Of a stretch of DNA of 64,000 bases, positions 29,817-38,507 are shown piece after piece. The notes beneath the pieces are model-generated. The model saw nothing but the letters and a program-made list of their open reading frames with translations, was not told where the DNA came from and did no database searches. How positions within the stretch are numbered: position 1 is the first letter of the stretch; each line of letters opens with the position of its first letter. The DNA is from Parcubacteria bacterium C7867-007 (lineage in GTDB: Bacteria; Patescibacteriota; Minisyncoccia; Phycocordibacterales; Phycocordibacteraceae): contig LFCQ01000002.1 in the NCBI GenBank assembly GCA_001189195.1, positions 4,997-68,996 of the forward strand, written 5' to 3'. Made by a program: the position numbers and the translations under genes.

Positions 29817-30131
29817 TATGAACGGAAGGATTTCCACACATCCTACGTAGATGCATCCTACCAGATTTTAAATTTTAGCCCACCCGTGCCAAGTATCGAG
29901 TATTTGCACCATCAACACTCTATTAACATCGGTTCCCTCTTTCCGGTGTCCTTACGTGAAGAATTCTTCATATTCAAGACCTTGAATAGTACAGCCTAAA
30001 CATTGATTATTTCTTAAAGTATCTATAAAGAAGCTCTCCAGACACTGTCCTTTATCCCCACTGTCCCCTACGTTGTCCACAGTTATCAACAAATCAAAAA
30101 GACGGCCGTAACCGTCTTTTTGATTATTTCT

Positions 30132-30205
30132 TGGTGCGGATAGGGAGAATCGAACTCCCGACTGAACCTTGGCAAGGTCCCGTTTTACCACTAAACCATA
30201 TCCGC
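30132..30205 (-). tRNA. tRNA-Gly (GCC)
   Basis: GCGGATA acceptor stem, TTGCCAA loop, encoded CCA. Confidence 0.95.
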
Positions 30206-30260
30206 TACAGGGCCGATAATAGCATCCCTAGAGACAAGATGCCAGAATCGACCAGCCAAT

Positions 30261-31265
30261 TTACACCTCAGTCTTCTTTCGAGCGAAGCGTAGTGATGAG
30301 TAGTACGCAGCACCCACGAAGATAAGTCCTGCAGAGCCTGTAATAAGCTCTGGGACCTCTACAAAGATGCTTACGAGCATTGCCAACGCAAGTGCAAGAA
30401 TCGCCCAATGAGCACCGTGTTCAAGGTATACAAGAGCATTGAGGGTGTTACGGCGTACTAGATACACCGTGAGGGATCGAACGAAGTATGCACCGATACC
30501 AAGACCAATAACAATAAGGAGAATGTCGTTTGTGAGCGCAAAGGCACCTACAACACCGTCCAATGAGAATGCCGCGTCAAGAATGTTGAGGTATACGAAG
30601 AGTGCTGCGCTCCCTGCCCCAATAGACATTTCCGCTCCCTTGGTGAAGGAGTTCGCAATACCCTGAATAATGATGAAGAGCACGATACCCACAATACCTG
30701 CAAGGAGTACTGCTGCTGAATCCCCCGGCATAAGGAGTGCAAGGATAATGAGCACGATAAGGCTGATTCCGATCTCAATAGCTTCGATCTTCCCCCACCC
30801 CGCAACAACACGCTCAATAGAACGGATCCAGTGAGTATCCTTTCCTGCACTAAAGAAGTACTTAAGTGAAACCATGAGCAGGAAGATACCGCCGAATGCA
30901 GATATAGCATTACGAGCACCCTCAAGGAGATGTCCGTATTCATCTGGATTGAATGCTGCAAGTTGCGCGATAAACCACGGAGATGCACCGACACTGGCAC
31001 TAACAATAATGATTGGGAGGATAAAGCGTGTACCGAACACGGCCACGATAATACCCCAGGTTAGGAAGCGCTTTCGCCACTTCTCATCCATGTGTGCGAG
31101 GATTCTCGCGTTTACAACAGCGTTATCGAACGAAAGTGTCACTTCGAGGACAACGAGGAGGGTCGCAATGAAAAAAGCGTCCCAACCACCCCATATATAA
31201 ATAGCAACCAGAATACCTATTGAAAGAAGCACCGGAAATGCGAATGCGCGAATTGCAGAGTTCAT
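30261..31265 (-). CDS. TerC-like DUF475 membrane protein
   Basis: LEVTLSFDNAVVNA, DAAFSLDGVVGAFA, YLEHGAHWAI. Confidence 0.92.
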   Translation of the reverse strand: MNSAIRAFAFPVLLSIGILVAIYIWGGWDAFFIATLLVVLEVTLSFDNAVVNARILAHMDEKWRKRFLTWGIIVAVFGTRFILPIIIVSASVGASPWFIAQLAAFNPDEYGHLLEGARNAISAFGGIFLLMVSLKYFFSAGKDTHWIRSIERVVAGWGKIEAIEIGISLIVLIILALLMPGDSAAVLLAGIVGIVLFIIIQGIANSFTKGAEMSIGAGSAALFVYLNILDAAFSLDGVVGAFALTNDILLIVIGLGIGAYFVRSLTVYLVRRNTLNALVYLEHGAHWAILALALAMLVSIFVEVPELITGSAGLIFVGAAYYSSLRFARKKTEV

Positions 31266-31293
31266 TTCCCTACTATACCGCATTTCACTTTTG

Positions 31294-31365
31294 TGCTCCC
31301 GCCAGGACTCGAACCTGGAACGACTGATCCGAAGTCAGTAATGATATCCATTTCACCACAGGAGC
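31294..31365 (-). tRNA. tRNA-Arg (UCG)
   Basis: GCTCCTG acceptor stem, CTTCGGA loop, GGTTCGAGTCC. Confidence 0.93.
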
Positions 31366-31430
31366 TTTCTTGCCATTGCATACTACGCCAGAGCTAGGAG
31401 AATGGCGAGTCGCGTACTAGTATTTTTGTA

Positions 31431-32894
31431 ATGAACATGCGCGTTCCAAGTGAAGTACGCACAGTGGCAGAAGGCCTACGAGCTGGCGGATATGAAGCAT
31501 ACCTTGTAGGTGGCTGTGTTCGAGATCTACTTCTAGACCGCACCCCTAAAGATTGGGATGTAACCACCAACGCCAAACCTGAGGATATACAGCGTCTATT
31601 CCCTGAATCCTTCTATGAGAATGATTTTGGGACCGTTGGTATTAAGACTGATTCTGAAGATGAGCGTCTCGCAGTTATTGAGGTAACTCCCTATCGTACC
31701 GAGACTGGCTATTCAGATAAGCGCCGACCTGACTCTGTCGCGTTTGGGGATAACTTGGAAGAAGATCTTGCTCGACGAGACTTCACCATAAACGCCATTG
31801 CCTATGATGAGGCTAAAGGACAGATTGTAGATCCTTATAAAGGACAAAAAGACATTGAGCTTAAGGTGTTGCGGACAGTAGGTGTTGCCGCTGAGCGCTT
31901 TGAAGAGGATGCTCTTAGGTTAATGCGTGCAGTTCGTTTGGTTGCAGAGCTGGAATTTGCTCTAGATGCTGATACTGCGGCTGCAATACTAGAGAAAGGC
32001 CCTAATCTAAAACATGTTTCACGTGAAAGAATTAGGGATGAATTCGTACGCATACTCGAGTCAAAACAGCCTATGCAGGCCCTAGTTCTGGCTCAGCAGC
32101 TAGGGATCCTCGAGTATATTGCCCCAGATCTAACAAAGGGTATTGGCATAGAGCAGAATCAAGCCCATAGCTATGATGTATTCGGCCACCTTATGCGCGC
32201 CCTGCAGCACGCTGCAGACAAGGACTGGCCTCTCGAATTACGTCTTGCTGCTGTATTTCACGATGTTTCAAAGCCTGAGACCCGTCGCTGGTCTGACGAG
32301 AAGAAAGATTGGACGTTCCACGGCCACGAAGTAGTGGGTGCGCGAGTAACCCGAAAGGCACTGGAGAATATGCGCTTTTCACGTGAAACCATTGAAAGAG
32401 TAAGTAAATTGGTGCGTTGGCACATGTTCTTCTCCGATCCTGATCAGATTACCCTTTCTGCCGTTCGCCGTATGATTCGAAACGTGGGGGAGGAGAACAT
32501 ATGGGATCTACTAAATCTGCGTATTTGTGACCGTATCGGAACCGGCAGACCTAAGGAACAGCCATTTAGGTTTAGAAAATATAAGGCAATGGTTGATGAA
32601 GCACTTAGGGACCCAATCTCTGTTGGGATGCTGAAAACTGACGGTTCGAGAATTATGGAGAAGTTTCACATGAAACCAGGCCCAGAGCTTGGGTGGACGC
32701 TAAATGCCCTTTTGGAGGATGTTTTGGAGGATCCGGCTAGAAATACTCAGGAATACCTTGATATTCGCACCAAAGAGCTTATTGCCCTTTCTCCAGAAAT
32801 GCTTAAAGAGTTAGGGGATTCTGGAAAGAGGAAGCGTGAGGAGAAGGAATCTGAAGAACTCAATAAGATCCTTGAGAAGCACGGAGTATCATAG
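31431..32894 (+). CDS. cca: CCA-adding enzyme / tRNA nucleotidyltransferase with HD domain
   Basis: VGGCVRD...DWD, RRDFTINA, EDALRLMRAVR, FHDVSK. Confidence 0.93.
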   Translation: MNMRVPSEVRTVAEGLRAGGYEAYLVGGCVRDLLLDRTPKDWDVTTNAKPEDIQRLFPESFYENDFGTVGIKTDSEDERLAVIEVTPYRTETGYSDKRRPDSVAFGDNLEEDLARRDFTINAIAYDEAKGQIVDPYKGQKDIELKVLRTVGVAAERFEEDALRLMRAVRLVAELEFALDADTAAAILEKGPNLKHVSRERIRDEFVRILESKQPMQALVLAQQLGILEYIAPDLTKGIGIEQNQAHSYDVFGHLMRALQHAADKDWPLELRLAAVFHDVSKPETRRWSDEKKDWTFHGHEVVGARVTRKALENMRFSRETIERVSKLVRWHMFFSDPDQITLSAVRRMIRNVGEENIWDLLNLRICDRIGTGRPKEQPFRFRKYKAMVDEALRDPISVGMLKTDGSRIMEKFHMKPGPELGWTLNALLEDVLEDPARNTQEYLDIRTKELIALSPEMLKELGDSGKRKREEKESEELNKILEKHGVS

Positions 32895-33106
32895 TTTTCA
32901 CGTGAAACAGGGTATATAGCCTAAAACATAGGCATATCAGCTAGTTTCACATGAAACCTGGGCATATAAATAATTAGAGACCCGTTGGGGTCTCTATTTC
33001 GGTCCACCAGGTCTGAAGACAAGGTTGGGGCGGGGCAATATGTTTGAACGTCTTCAAGGAGAAATTTCCCTGGTTAACTTAAAAGAATGCGTTTTCACGT
33101 GAAACT
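32015..33106. promoter_or_regulatory. Cluster of six parS-like palindromes
   Basis: TTTCAC(G/A)TGAAA core at 32015, 32375, 32662, 32894, 32943 and 33091; matches parS consensus TGTTTCACGTGAAACA. Confidence 0.88.
32974..32998. terminator. Hairpin, possibly bidirectional terminator
   Basis: TAGAGACCC-GTTG-GGGTCTCTA. Confidence 0.7.
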
Positions 33107-33352
33107 TCTGATTCTGACTCTCTTATTATTCAGGGAATACATCCCGATTATGTTAGTCGATCAGTTTTCAGATGACAGCGCCTACAATGATTGAGCACAA
33201 AGAGCTCCAAAAGAACAACCAATTCGAGGTTCGATAGTTCCTTCACAGGTTTTTATCGCCTCGTCTTTACGTATCATACGGGTATAAAGGACATCGTAAA
33301 GGACATACAGGTGGATAACTTAAAATGTCCTTTATATAGGACATTTCCTGAT

Positions 33353-34117
33353 TTAGACAGTTATCGAAAGAGGGCAGTGGTCTGAGCCGTAAACAGTACT
33401 GTGAATCTCAGCTTTCTTCACATTCTTAATGAACTCCTTGGACACAAAAAAGTAATCAATACGCCATCCTACGTTCCGTTCACGTGCACGAGTGAGAGTA
33501 TCCCAGTATGTATATGCCTCAGCTTGCTGTGGGTGAAAGTGTCTAAAGGTATCTATATATCCTGCCTCAATAACCTCATCAAGCCACTTACGTTCAATTT
33601 CAAGAAAACCCGTTGTTTTCTCATTTTCCTTTGGCCGAGCCAGGTCAATAGGGAAGTGTGCAGTGTTTACATCCCCACAGAACACAACGGGCTTGGTTTT
33701 CCGTAACTCCTCACAGAATGCAAGAAATGCCTCGTAGTACCGTAATTTAAAGTCCAAGCGCTCTGGCCCTCGTCCTCCATTGGGGAAGTAGATGTTTAGG
33801 AGCCAGAAATCATCATATTCTGCGCCAATTAATCGGCCCTCATCATCAAATTCCTTTATTCCCATACCATATATGACGGAGAGTGGCTCAATACGTGAGT
33901 ATATTGCTACGCCGCTATAGCCCTTCTTTATCTTGCAGGGGGAAAAGAATGCCGAAAAACCCCCTAGATTTAACATGTCCTCTGGTAACTGATCTGGTTC
34001 TGCTTTGATCTCCTGGAAGCAGAATATATCTGGCTTAGTTCCTTTTAAAAAAGCTTCCCAGTAGCCGTTGCGGTGAACTGCACGCAACCCATTTACGTTC
34101 CAGGAGACAATCTTCAT
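33353..34117 (-). CDS. xth: Exodeoxyribonuclease III / AP endonuclease
   Basis: SWNVNGLRA, QEIK, YFPNG, GDVN, WRIDYF, SDHCP. Confidence 0.96.
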   Translation of the reverse strand: MKIVSWNVNGLRAVHRNGYWEAFLKGTKPDIFCFQEIKAEPDQLPEDMLNLGGFSAFFSPCKIKKGYSGVAIYSRIEPLSVIYGMGIKEFDDEGRLIGAEYDDFWLLNIYFPNGGRGPERLDFKLRYYEAFLAFCEELRKTKPVVFCGDVNTAHFPIDLARPKENEKTTGFLEIERKWLDEVIEAGYIDTFRHFHPQQAEAYTYWDTLTRARERNVGWRIDYFFVSKEFIKNVKKAEIHSTVYGSDHCPLSITV

Positions 34118-34189
34118 TGCGAGTATTGTACGCTACCTCAACATAAAACTGCACCATCTTTTAGCAGTTATCAGCTATACTCTGTGTAC

Positions 34190-36487
34190 ATGGCCGAGCA
34201 AGAGCTACTAAACTTAATTGCCGTTCGAAGAGCAAGTGGTGTTAATGATACCGACATACGCACGGAGCTAACCTCAAGAGGTTGGGCTGCTCAAGATATA
34301 AATGGAGCACTTGCAATTCATACGATGCAAACATCAGGACATAAGTTTGCAGGTACTAGTTCATACGCAGTAGTGAGGACTGGTGTTCCTTCAAAAGGAG
34401 GTGTTTCCTTCTTTCATCTATTCGTACTCTTTATATTAATAATTTCTGCACCAGGTGCTTATGGGTTAGTTACCCAACTAATTGTTCCCGCAGCGAAAGG
34501 TCAACCGGTTGCGGTAAAGGATTCACTAAAAGGGTATGAACTTCTCCGTGATGTTCCATCTTTGATTCCTGTAGACACATCAGGCATTCTTCCGTCAGCC
34601 AAAAGAGATGTTTCTCCTACAGTTGCAGTTGCGCCAAAAACAACTTCAAGTAGCAACTCTGGTGGTTCAACAAACACACCCGCTCCTGCAAGTACTCCCA
34701 CAGAATCCATTGCTTCGACTGCCGATAAAGGGGTGCCTGTTATAAAGTTCAATTCAACTAGTAGAAATGTATATGCGGGTCGTTTTGTAACATTTGATTG
34801 GAGTGCATCAAACGCTGATTCTTGTACTGCAGAAGGATTTGGTACCGACGGAAAAACAGAAGGGTCAGCACGTGTACGTATTAATGTCGGAGGAATATAC
34901 CGAGTTACGTGTACCGGAAAGGGAGGTAGCGCTAGCAAGATAATTACCATTACATTGCGTACCGATGTGCCGCCCGTACCAGTTGAACCTGCACCGACAC
35001 CCACTCCAACGCCCACTCCAACGCCCACTCCAACGCCCACTCCAACGCCTACTCCAACACCTCAGCCAACACCCACCCCGACTCCAACCCCAACACCGAC
35101 TCCAACACCGACTCCTCCTTCACCCCCATCACCTCCACCTGTTCTTAATCCATCCCCGCCAGGCTCGTATCCTGTCTATTCAGGGTGTCCAGCGCCATCT
35201 TCTTCGTATTCTCGTGTTGTGTACGTTGATCCTGTGAATGGTCTAGACACTGGTGATGGTTCACTAGCAAGACCATACAAGAGTCTCTCGAACTCGTTCG
35301 GTGCAGGTCTCATACGACCAGGTGACCATGTTGTTGCGATGGCTGGTAATCACGGATCGCTTCAACTACTTGGTGGCTTCGGTTCAGGAACGTGGACATG
35401 GTTAGACTTCCAGCCAGGCTCTCTAATGAGCGGCACAAACATAAACAACATTCGCAATCTATTGATTACGAAAATGACCGTTAATAATCCTACAACCGGC
35501 ACAGCCGCAATGGTCTACTTCGCCGGAGGTTCTAATCTTGTTATCGCTGACAGTCTTATCTACGGGGGTACTACACGTGACTCATCAGGCTGGAGCGCAA
35601 CCACTTGGAAGAATGTCAAAAGCGGTGCACAGTTAGACGGACTCAGTTGTGTTTCGTTCCTGCGCAACACCATTACCAATGTTCGTTCAGGTCTTGGAAC
35701 CACTGGAAACAGTGTTAAAGGATTGATTCAGGATAATCGTGTTAAGAACTTTTCTGCAGATGGTATTGATCCCAACGGTTCAGATATCATCGTGTACAAC
35801 AACTCAATCATTGATGAATATGTTGACCAGTCTGAAGGTGACCCAAACCACGATGATGGTATACAAACCTTCACGTCACCAGGAAGACCGTTCAGGAACG
35901 TTGTGATTGACCACAACTGGGTTCAGGAGACCACTGATCCAAGTCGACCGCTCATTGGTGGCATGCAGGGTATTTCATCTTTCGATGGTGCGGGTATGAG
36001 TAACATTCGTATCACGAACAACGTAGTTATCACCTCAGTGTGGCATGGTATGTCATGGTATGGGATAACAAACAGCGTCATCGATCGTAATACGGTTGTG
36101 AACTACTCAGGTAATGGTCGTAACACGTGGCTAATGCTTAATACCGGCAAAGAAGGTGAGGATGCGATCAACAATACGGTTTCTAATAACGTTGCAGTTG
36201 ATATGGTGCTCATTGAAAATGACGGTAACTCATTCACAAATAATATAAAGGTTTCTAATCCATCTGCTGCATTTACTGCATTCAATCCAGCAAGTAACAC
36301 GTATGATCTTTCGCCTAAGGCGGGCGGTATACTTAGCGGAACAGGTGCAGGTGCGACCCTTACTCGCGTTAGTCAGGTGGCATATGCAGAAGCACCGGTA
36401 TATCCTGGTCAACCCCGCACTCAGTTAGCCTCTGTGTTCGCTGCATTCGAATCCTTCCTCAACTGGCTTCAAAATATCTTTAGGTAG
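34190..36487 (+). CDS. Membrane-anchored surface protein: Ig-like domain, PT linker, right-handed beta-helix (polysaccharide lyase/adhesin-like)
   Basis: TM near N-terminus; YVDP-x-x-G-x-D-x-x-DGS-x-x-x-PYK; Asn-rich beta-helix repeats; HDDGIQ. Confidence 0.75.
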   Translation: MAEQELLNLIAVRRASGVNDTDIRTELTSRGWAAQDINGALAIHTMQTSGHKFAGTSSYAVVRTGVPSKGGVSFFHLFVLFILIISAPGAYGLVTQLIVPAAKGQPVAVKDSLKGYELLRDVPSLIPVDTSGILPSAKRDVSPTVAVAPKTTSSSNSGGSTNTPAPASTPTESIASTADKGVPVIKFNSTSRNVYAGRFVTFDWSASNADSCTAEGFGTDGKTEGSARVRINVGGIYRVTCTGKGGSASKIITITLRTDVPPVPVEPAPTPTPTPTPTPTPTPTPTPTPTPQPTPTPTPTPTPTPTPTPPSPPSPPPVLNPSPPGSYPVYSGCPAPSSSYSRVVYVDPVNGLDTGDGSLARPYKSLSNSFGAGLIRPGDHVVAMAGNHGSLQLLGGFGSGTWTWLDFQPGSLMSGTNINNIRNLLITKMTVNNPTTGTAAMVYFAGGSNLVIADSLIYGGTTRDSSGWSATTWKNVKSGAQLDGLSCVSFLRNTITNVRSGLGTTGNSVKGLIQDNRVKNFSADGIDPNGSDIIVYNNSIIDEYVDQSEGDPNHDDGIQTFTSPGRPFRNVVIDHNWVQETTDPSRPLIGGMQGISSFDGAGMSNIRITNNVVITSVWHGMSWYGITNSVIDRNTVVNYSGNGRNTWLMLNTGKEGEDAINNTVSNNVAVDMVLIENDGNSFTNNIKVSNPSAAFTAFNPASNTYDLSPKAGGILSGTGAGATLTRVSQVAYAEAPVYPGQPRTQLASVFAAFESFLNWLQNIFR
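34992..35115 (+). repeat. Coding tandem repeat encoding (PT)n linker
   Basis: CCCACTCCAACG 12-bp units and variants. Confidence 0.9.
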
Positions 36488-37411
36488 TTAGTTTTGGCGA
36501 CGAGAATGAAACTTCTTGTGGACCTCACGTAAGTGCGCATCAGTAACGTGAGTGTAGATCTGAGTTGTGGTGATGGATGCATGACCAAGCATCTGCTGTA
36601 CAGAGCGAATATCAGCACCATTGTTCAGAAGATCCGTAGCGAATGAGTGACGCATCACGTGAGGCGTCACTTTCTTTGTAATGCCGGCTTTAGCGGCATA
36701 GATTTTAATCATGCGCTCAACCGATCGGGGGGTGAGACGTGTGGGCACACGTTTAGACGTCTTCTCAGGATCCTTGCTTGGCATGGGCGGAATATTCACA
36801 AAAAGTGCCTCATCCATGTCTTTTCGTGCTTTAAGATACGCTCGAACGGCTGTTTTTGCTTCATCAGAAAGGAATACCACACGAACTTTTTCTCCTTTAC
36901 CTCTAATAGGGAAGTCATCTCTACTTAGATCGAGATCAGTATTGAGGGAACAAAGCTCTGAAACACGAAGTCCTGTTGAGAAGAGAAGTTCGAGTATGGC
37001 CTTGTCTCTGAGGGACTTCTCATCGGTTCCGACTGCTGAAGCAAGTAAACGATTGAGTTCGGTCGGGGAAATAAGGTCCAAGTGGCGTTCTGGTACCTTT
37101 GCAAGCTCAATTCGCTCAGGAGAAAGGCCATCCATACCTCGTTTTCGAAGGAATTTAAGGAATGCTCGTAGAGCAATGAGGTAATAATTCTGGGTACGGC
37201 GCTTCATGGTGCCAGAAACACCCTGTTGGCGGTTTAGCCAGAGCCGAAATTCACGTACCTTTTCCTCCGTTATGTCAGAAACCTCTTTAATAGCCATTTG
37301 ATCAAAGAAACGGCTTAGGTAGTGGTCGTAGTTCTCAATAGTCTTCACTGCACGACCACGCTCAATCTCAGTGTGCTCTAAAAACTGCCGTTTCCAGTCC
37401 TCAATATTCAT
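36488..37411 (-). CDS. XerC/XerD-like tyrosine recombinase
   Basis: TGLRVSEL, GKGEKVR, HVMRHSFAT, LGHASITTTQIY catalytic set. Confidence 0.95.
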   Translation of the reverse strand: MNIEDWKRQFLEHTEIERGRAVKTIENYDHYLSRFFDQMAIKEVSDITEEKVREFRLWLNRQQGVSGTMKRRTQNYYLIALRAFLKFLRKRGMDGLSPERIELAKVPERHLDLISPTELNRLLASAVGTDEKSLRDKAILELLFSTGLRVSELCSLNTDLDLSRDDFPIRGKGEKVRVVFLSDEAKTAVRAYLKARKDMDEALFVNIPPMPSKDPEKTSKRVPTRLTPRSVERMIKIYAAKAGITKKVTPHVMRHSFATDLLNNGADIRSVQQMLGHASITTTQIYTHVTDAHLREVHKKFHSRRQN

Positions 37412-37514
37412 CTAGCCTATTATAGCCTACGTATATTGTGCGACCCTGTACCAAGGCCATATGCAGGCGGGGACACACTTGCGCAAATAATCAAGGTGTG
37501 GTAGGATACATCCA

Positions 37515-37781
37515 ATGCTTACGAAACGAGTAAAGACCGCAGTAATTAAGAACGCGGCCCTTCATGATACGGACAACGGCTCAGCGTCGGTTCAGGTTGC
37601 TATGCTTTCTCGCAAAATCGAGGAACTAACCGCACACCTTAAGAAGAATCAGAAGGATTTTCATAGTCGTCGCGGCCTTCTTCAGATGGTTGCAGACCGT
37701 CGCTCACATCTTCGTTATCTAGAGAAGAACAACAAGCGTCAGTACTCAACAATCATCAAGAAACTCGGTCTCAAGAAGTAG
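37515..37781 (+). CDS. rpsO: 30S ribosomal protein S15
   Basis: D-x-GS-x-x-VQVAML, HLK-x-N-x-KDFHSRRGL. Confidence 0.96.
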   Translation: MLTKRVKTAVIKNAALHDTDNGSASVQVAMLSRKIEELTAHLKKNQKDFHSRRGLLQMVADRRSHLRYLEKNNKRQYSTIIKKLGLKK

Positions 37782-37919
37782 GAATCCGGCGGGGAAATCC
37801 CCGCCGCTTCCTTTTTCGTAGCAGTGAAGTGGTAAACTCTATCTAGTAGCAATTTGCTACCACTTTTAATAAGAATCCGTGCAGCGCGCTTGCGTTACAC
37901 ACATCACTAATACATTTAT

Positions 37920-38435
37920 ATGGCAGTAATCAAACACCCCGCACAACGGGTAGGCGTATTTATAGATACACAAAATCTCTATCACAGCGCTAAACATCTT
38001 TATAAGTCACGCGTTAACTTCGCAAACGTACTTGCTGAAGCAGTGGGGGATCGTATTCTCGTACGTGCCATTGCATACGTAATTAGCACTGAGAGCGGTG
38101 AGGAGACGAACTTCTTTGAGGCCCTCACCAAAATTGGTATTGAAACAAAGGTAAAAGGTCTTCAAGTCTTCTCTGATGGTGCAAAGAAAGCAGACTGGGA
38201 CGTTGGTTTAGCAATTGACGCGGTGAAGCTGGCACCAAAGCTGGACACCATCATCCTTGCGACAGGGGATGGAGACTTCGTACCACTTATCGAATACCTC
38301 GATATGAACATGGGGTGTCAGGTGGAGGTAGTTTCATTCGGAAAGTCTTCTTCACAAAAACTGAAAGAAGCAGCGCATGCGTTCACAGACATGTGTGACA
38401 ATCCAAAGAAGTTCCTCATCGGAGGAAGAGGGTAG
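37920..38435 (+). CDS. NYN/LabA-DUF88 domain protein
   Basis: VFIDTQNLY, DWDVGLAID, GDGDFVPL. Confidence 0.92.
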   Translation: MAVIKHPAQRVGVFIDTQNLYHSAKHLYKSRVNFANVLAEAVGDRILVRAIAYVISTESGEETNFFEALTKIGIETKVKGLQVFSDGAKKADWDVGLAIDAVKLAPKLDTIILATGDGDFVPLIEYLDMNMGCQVEVVSFGKSSSQKLKEAAHAFTDMCDNPKKFLIGGRG

Positions 38436-38507
38436 GGAACTAAGAGTTCATACTCACACGGCGCACGACCCCATGGGGCCGTGCGCCGTGTACAATACTA
38501 TATAGCT

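Noticed and set aside
28852-29856. Long alternative ORFs (28852-29388, 28964-29521, 29437-29856)
   Set aside because: They cross cassette sites, terminators or the tRNA and overlap better-supported genes.
33000-33009. CGGTCCACCA resembling a tmRNA or tRNA-Ala 3' end
   Set aside because: No T-arm (GTTCRA) upstream and no tag-reading frame recognised.
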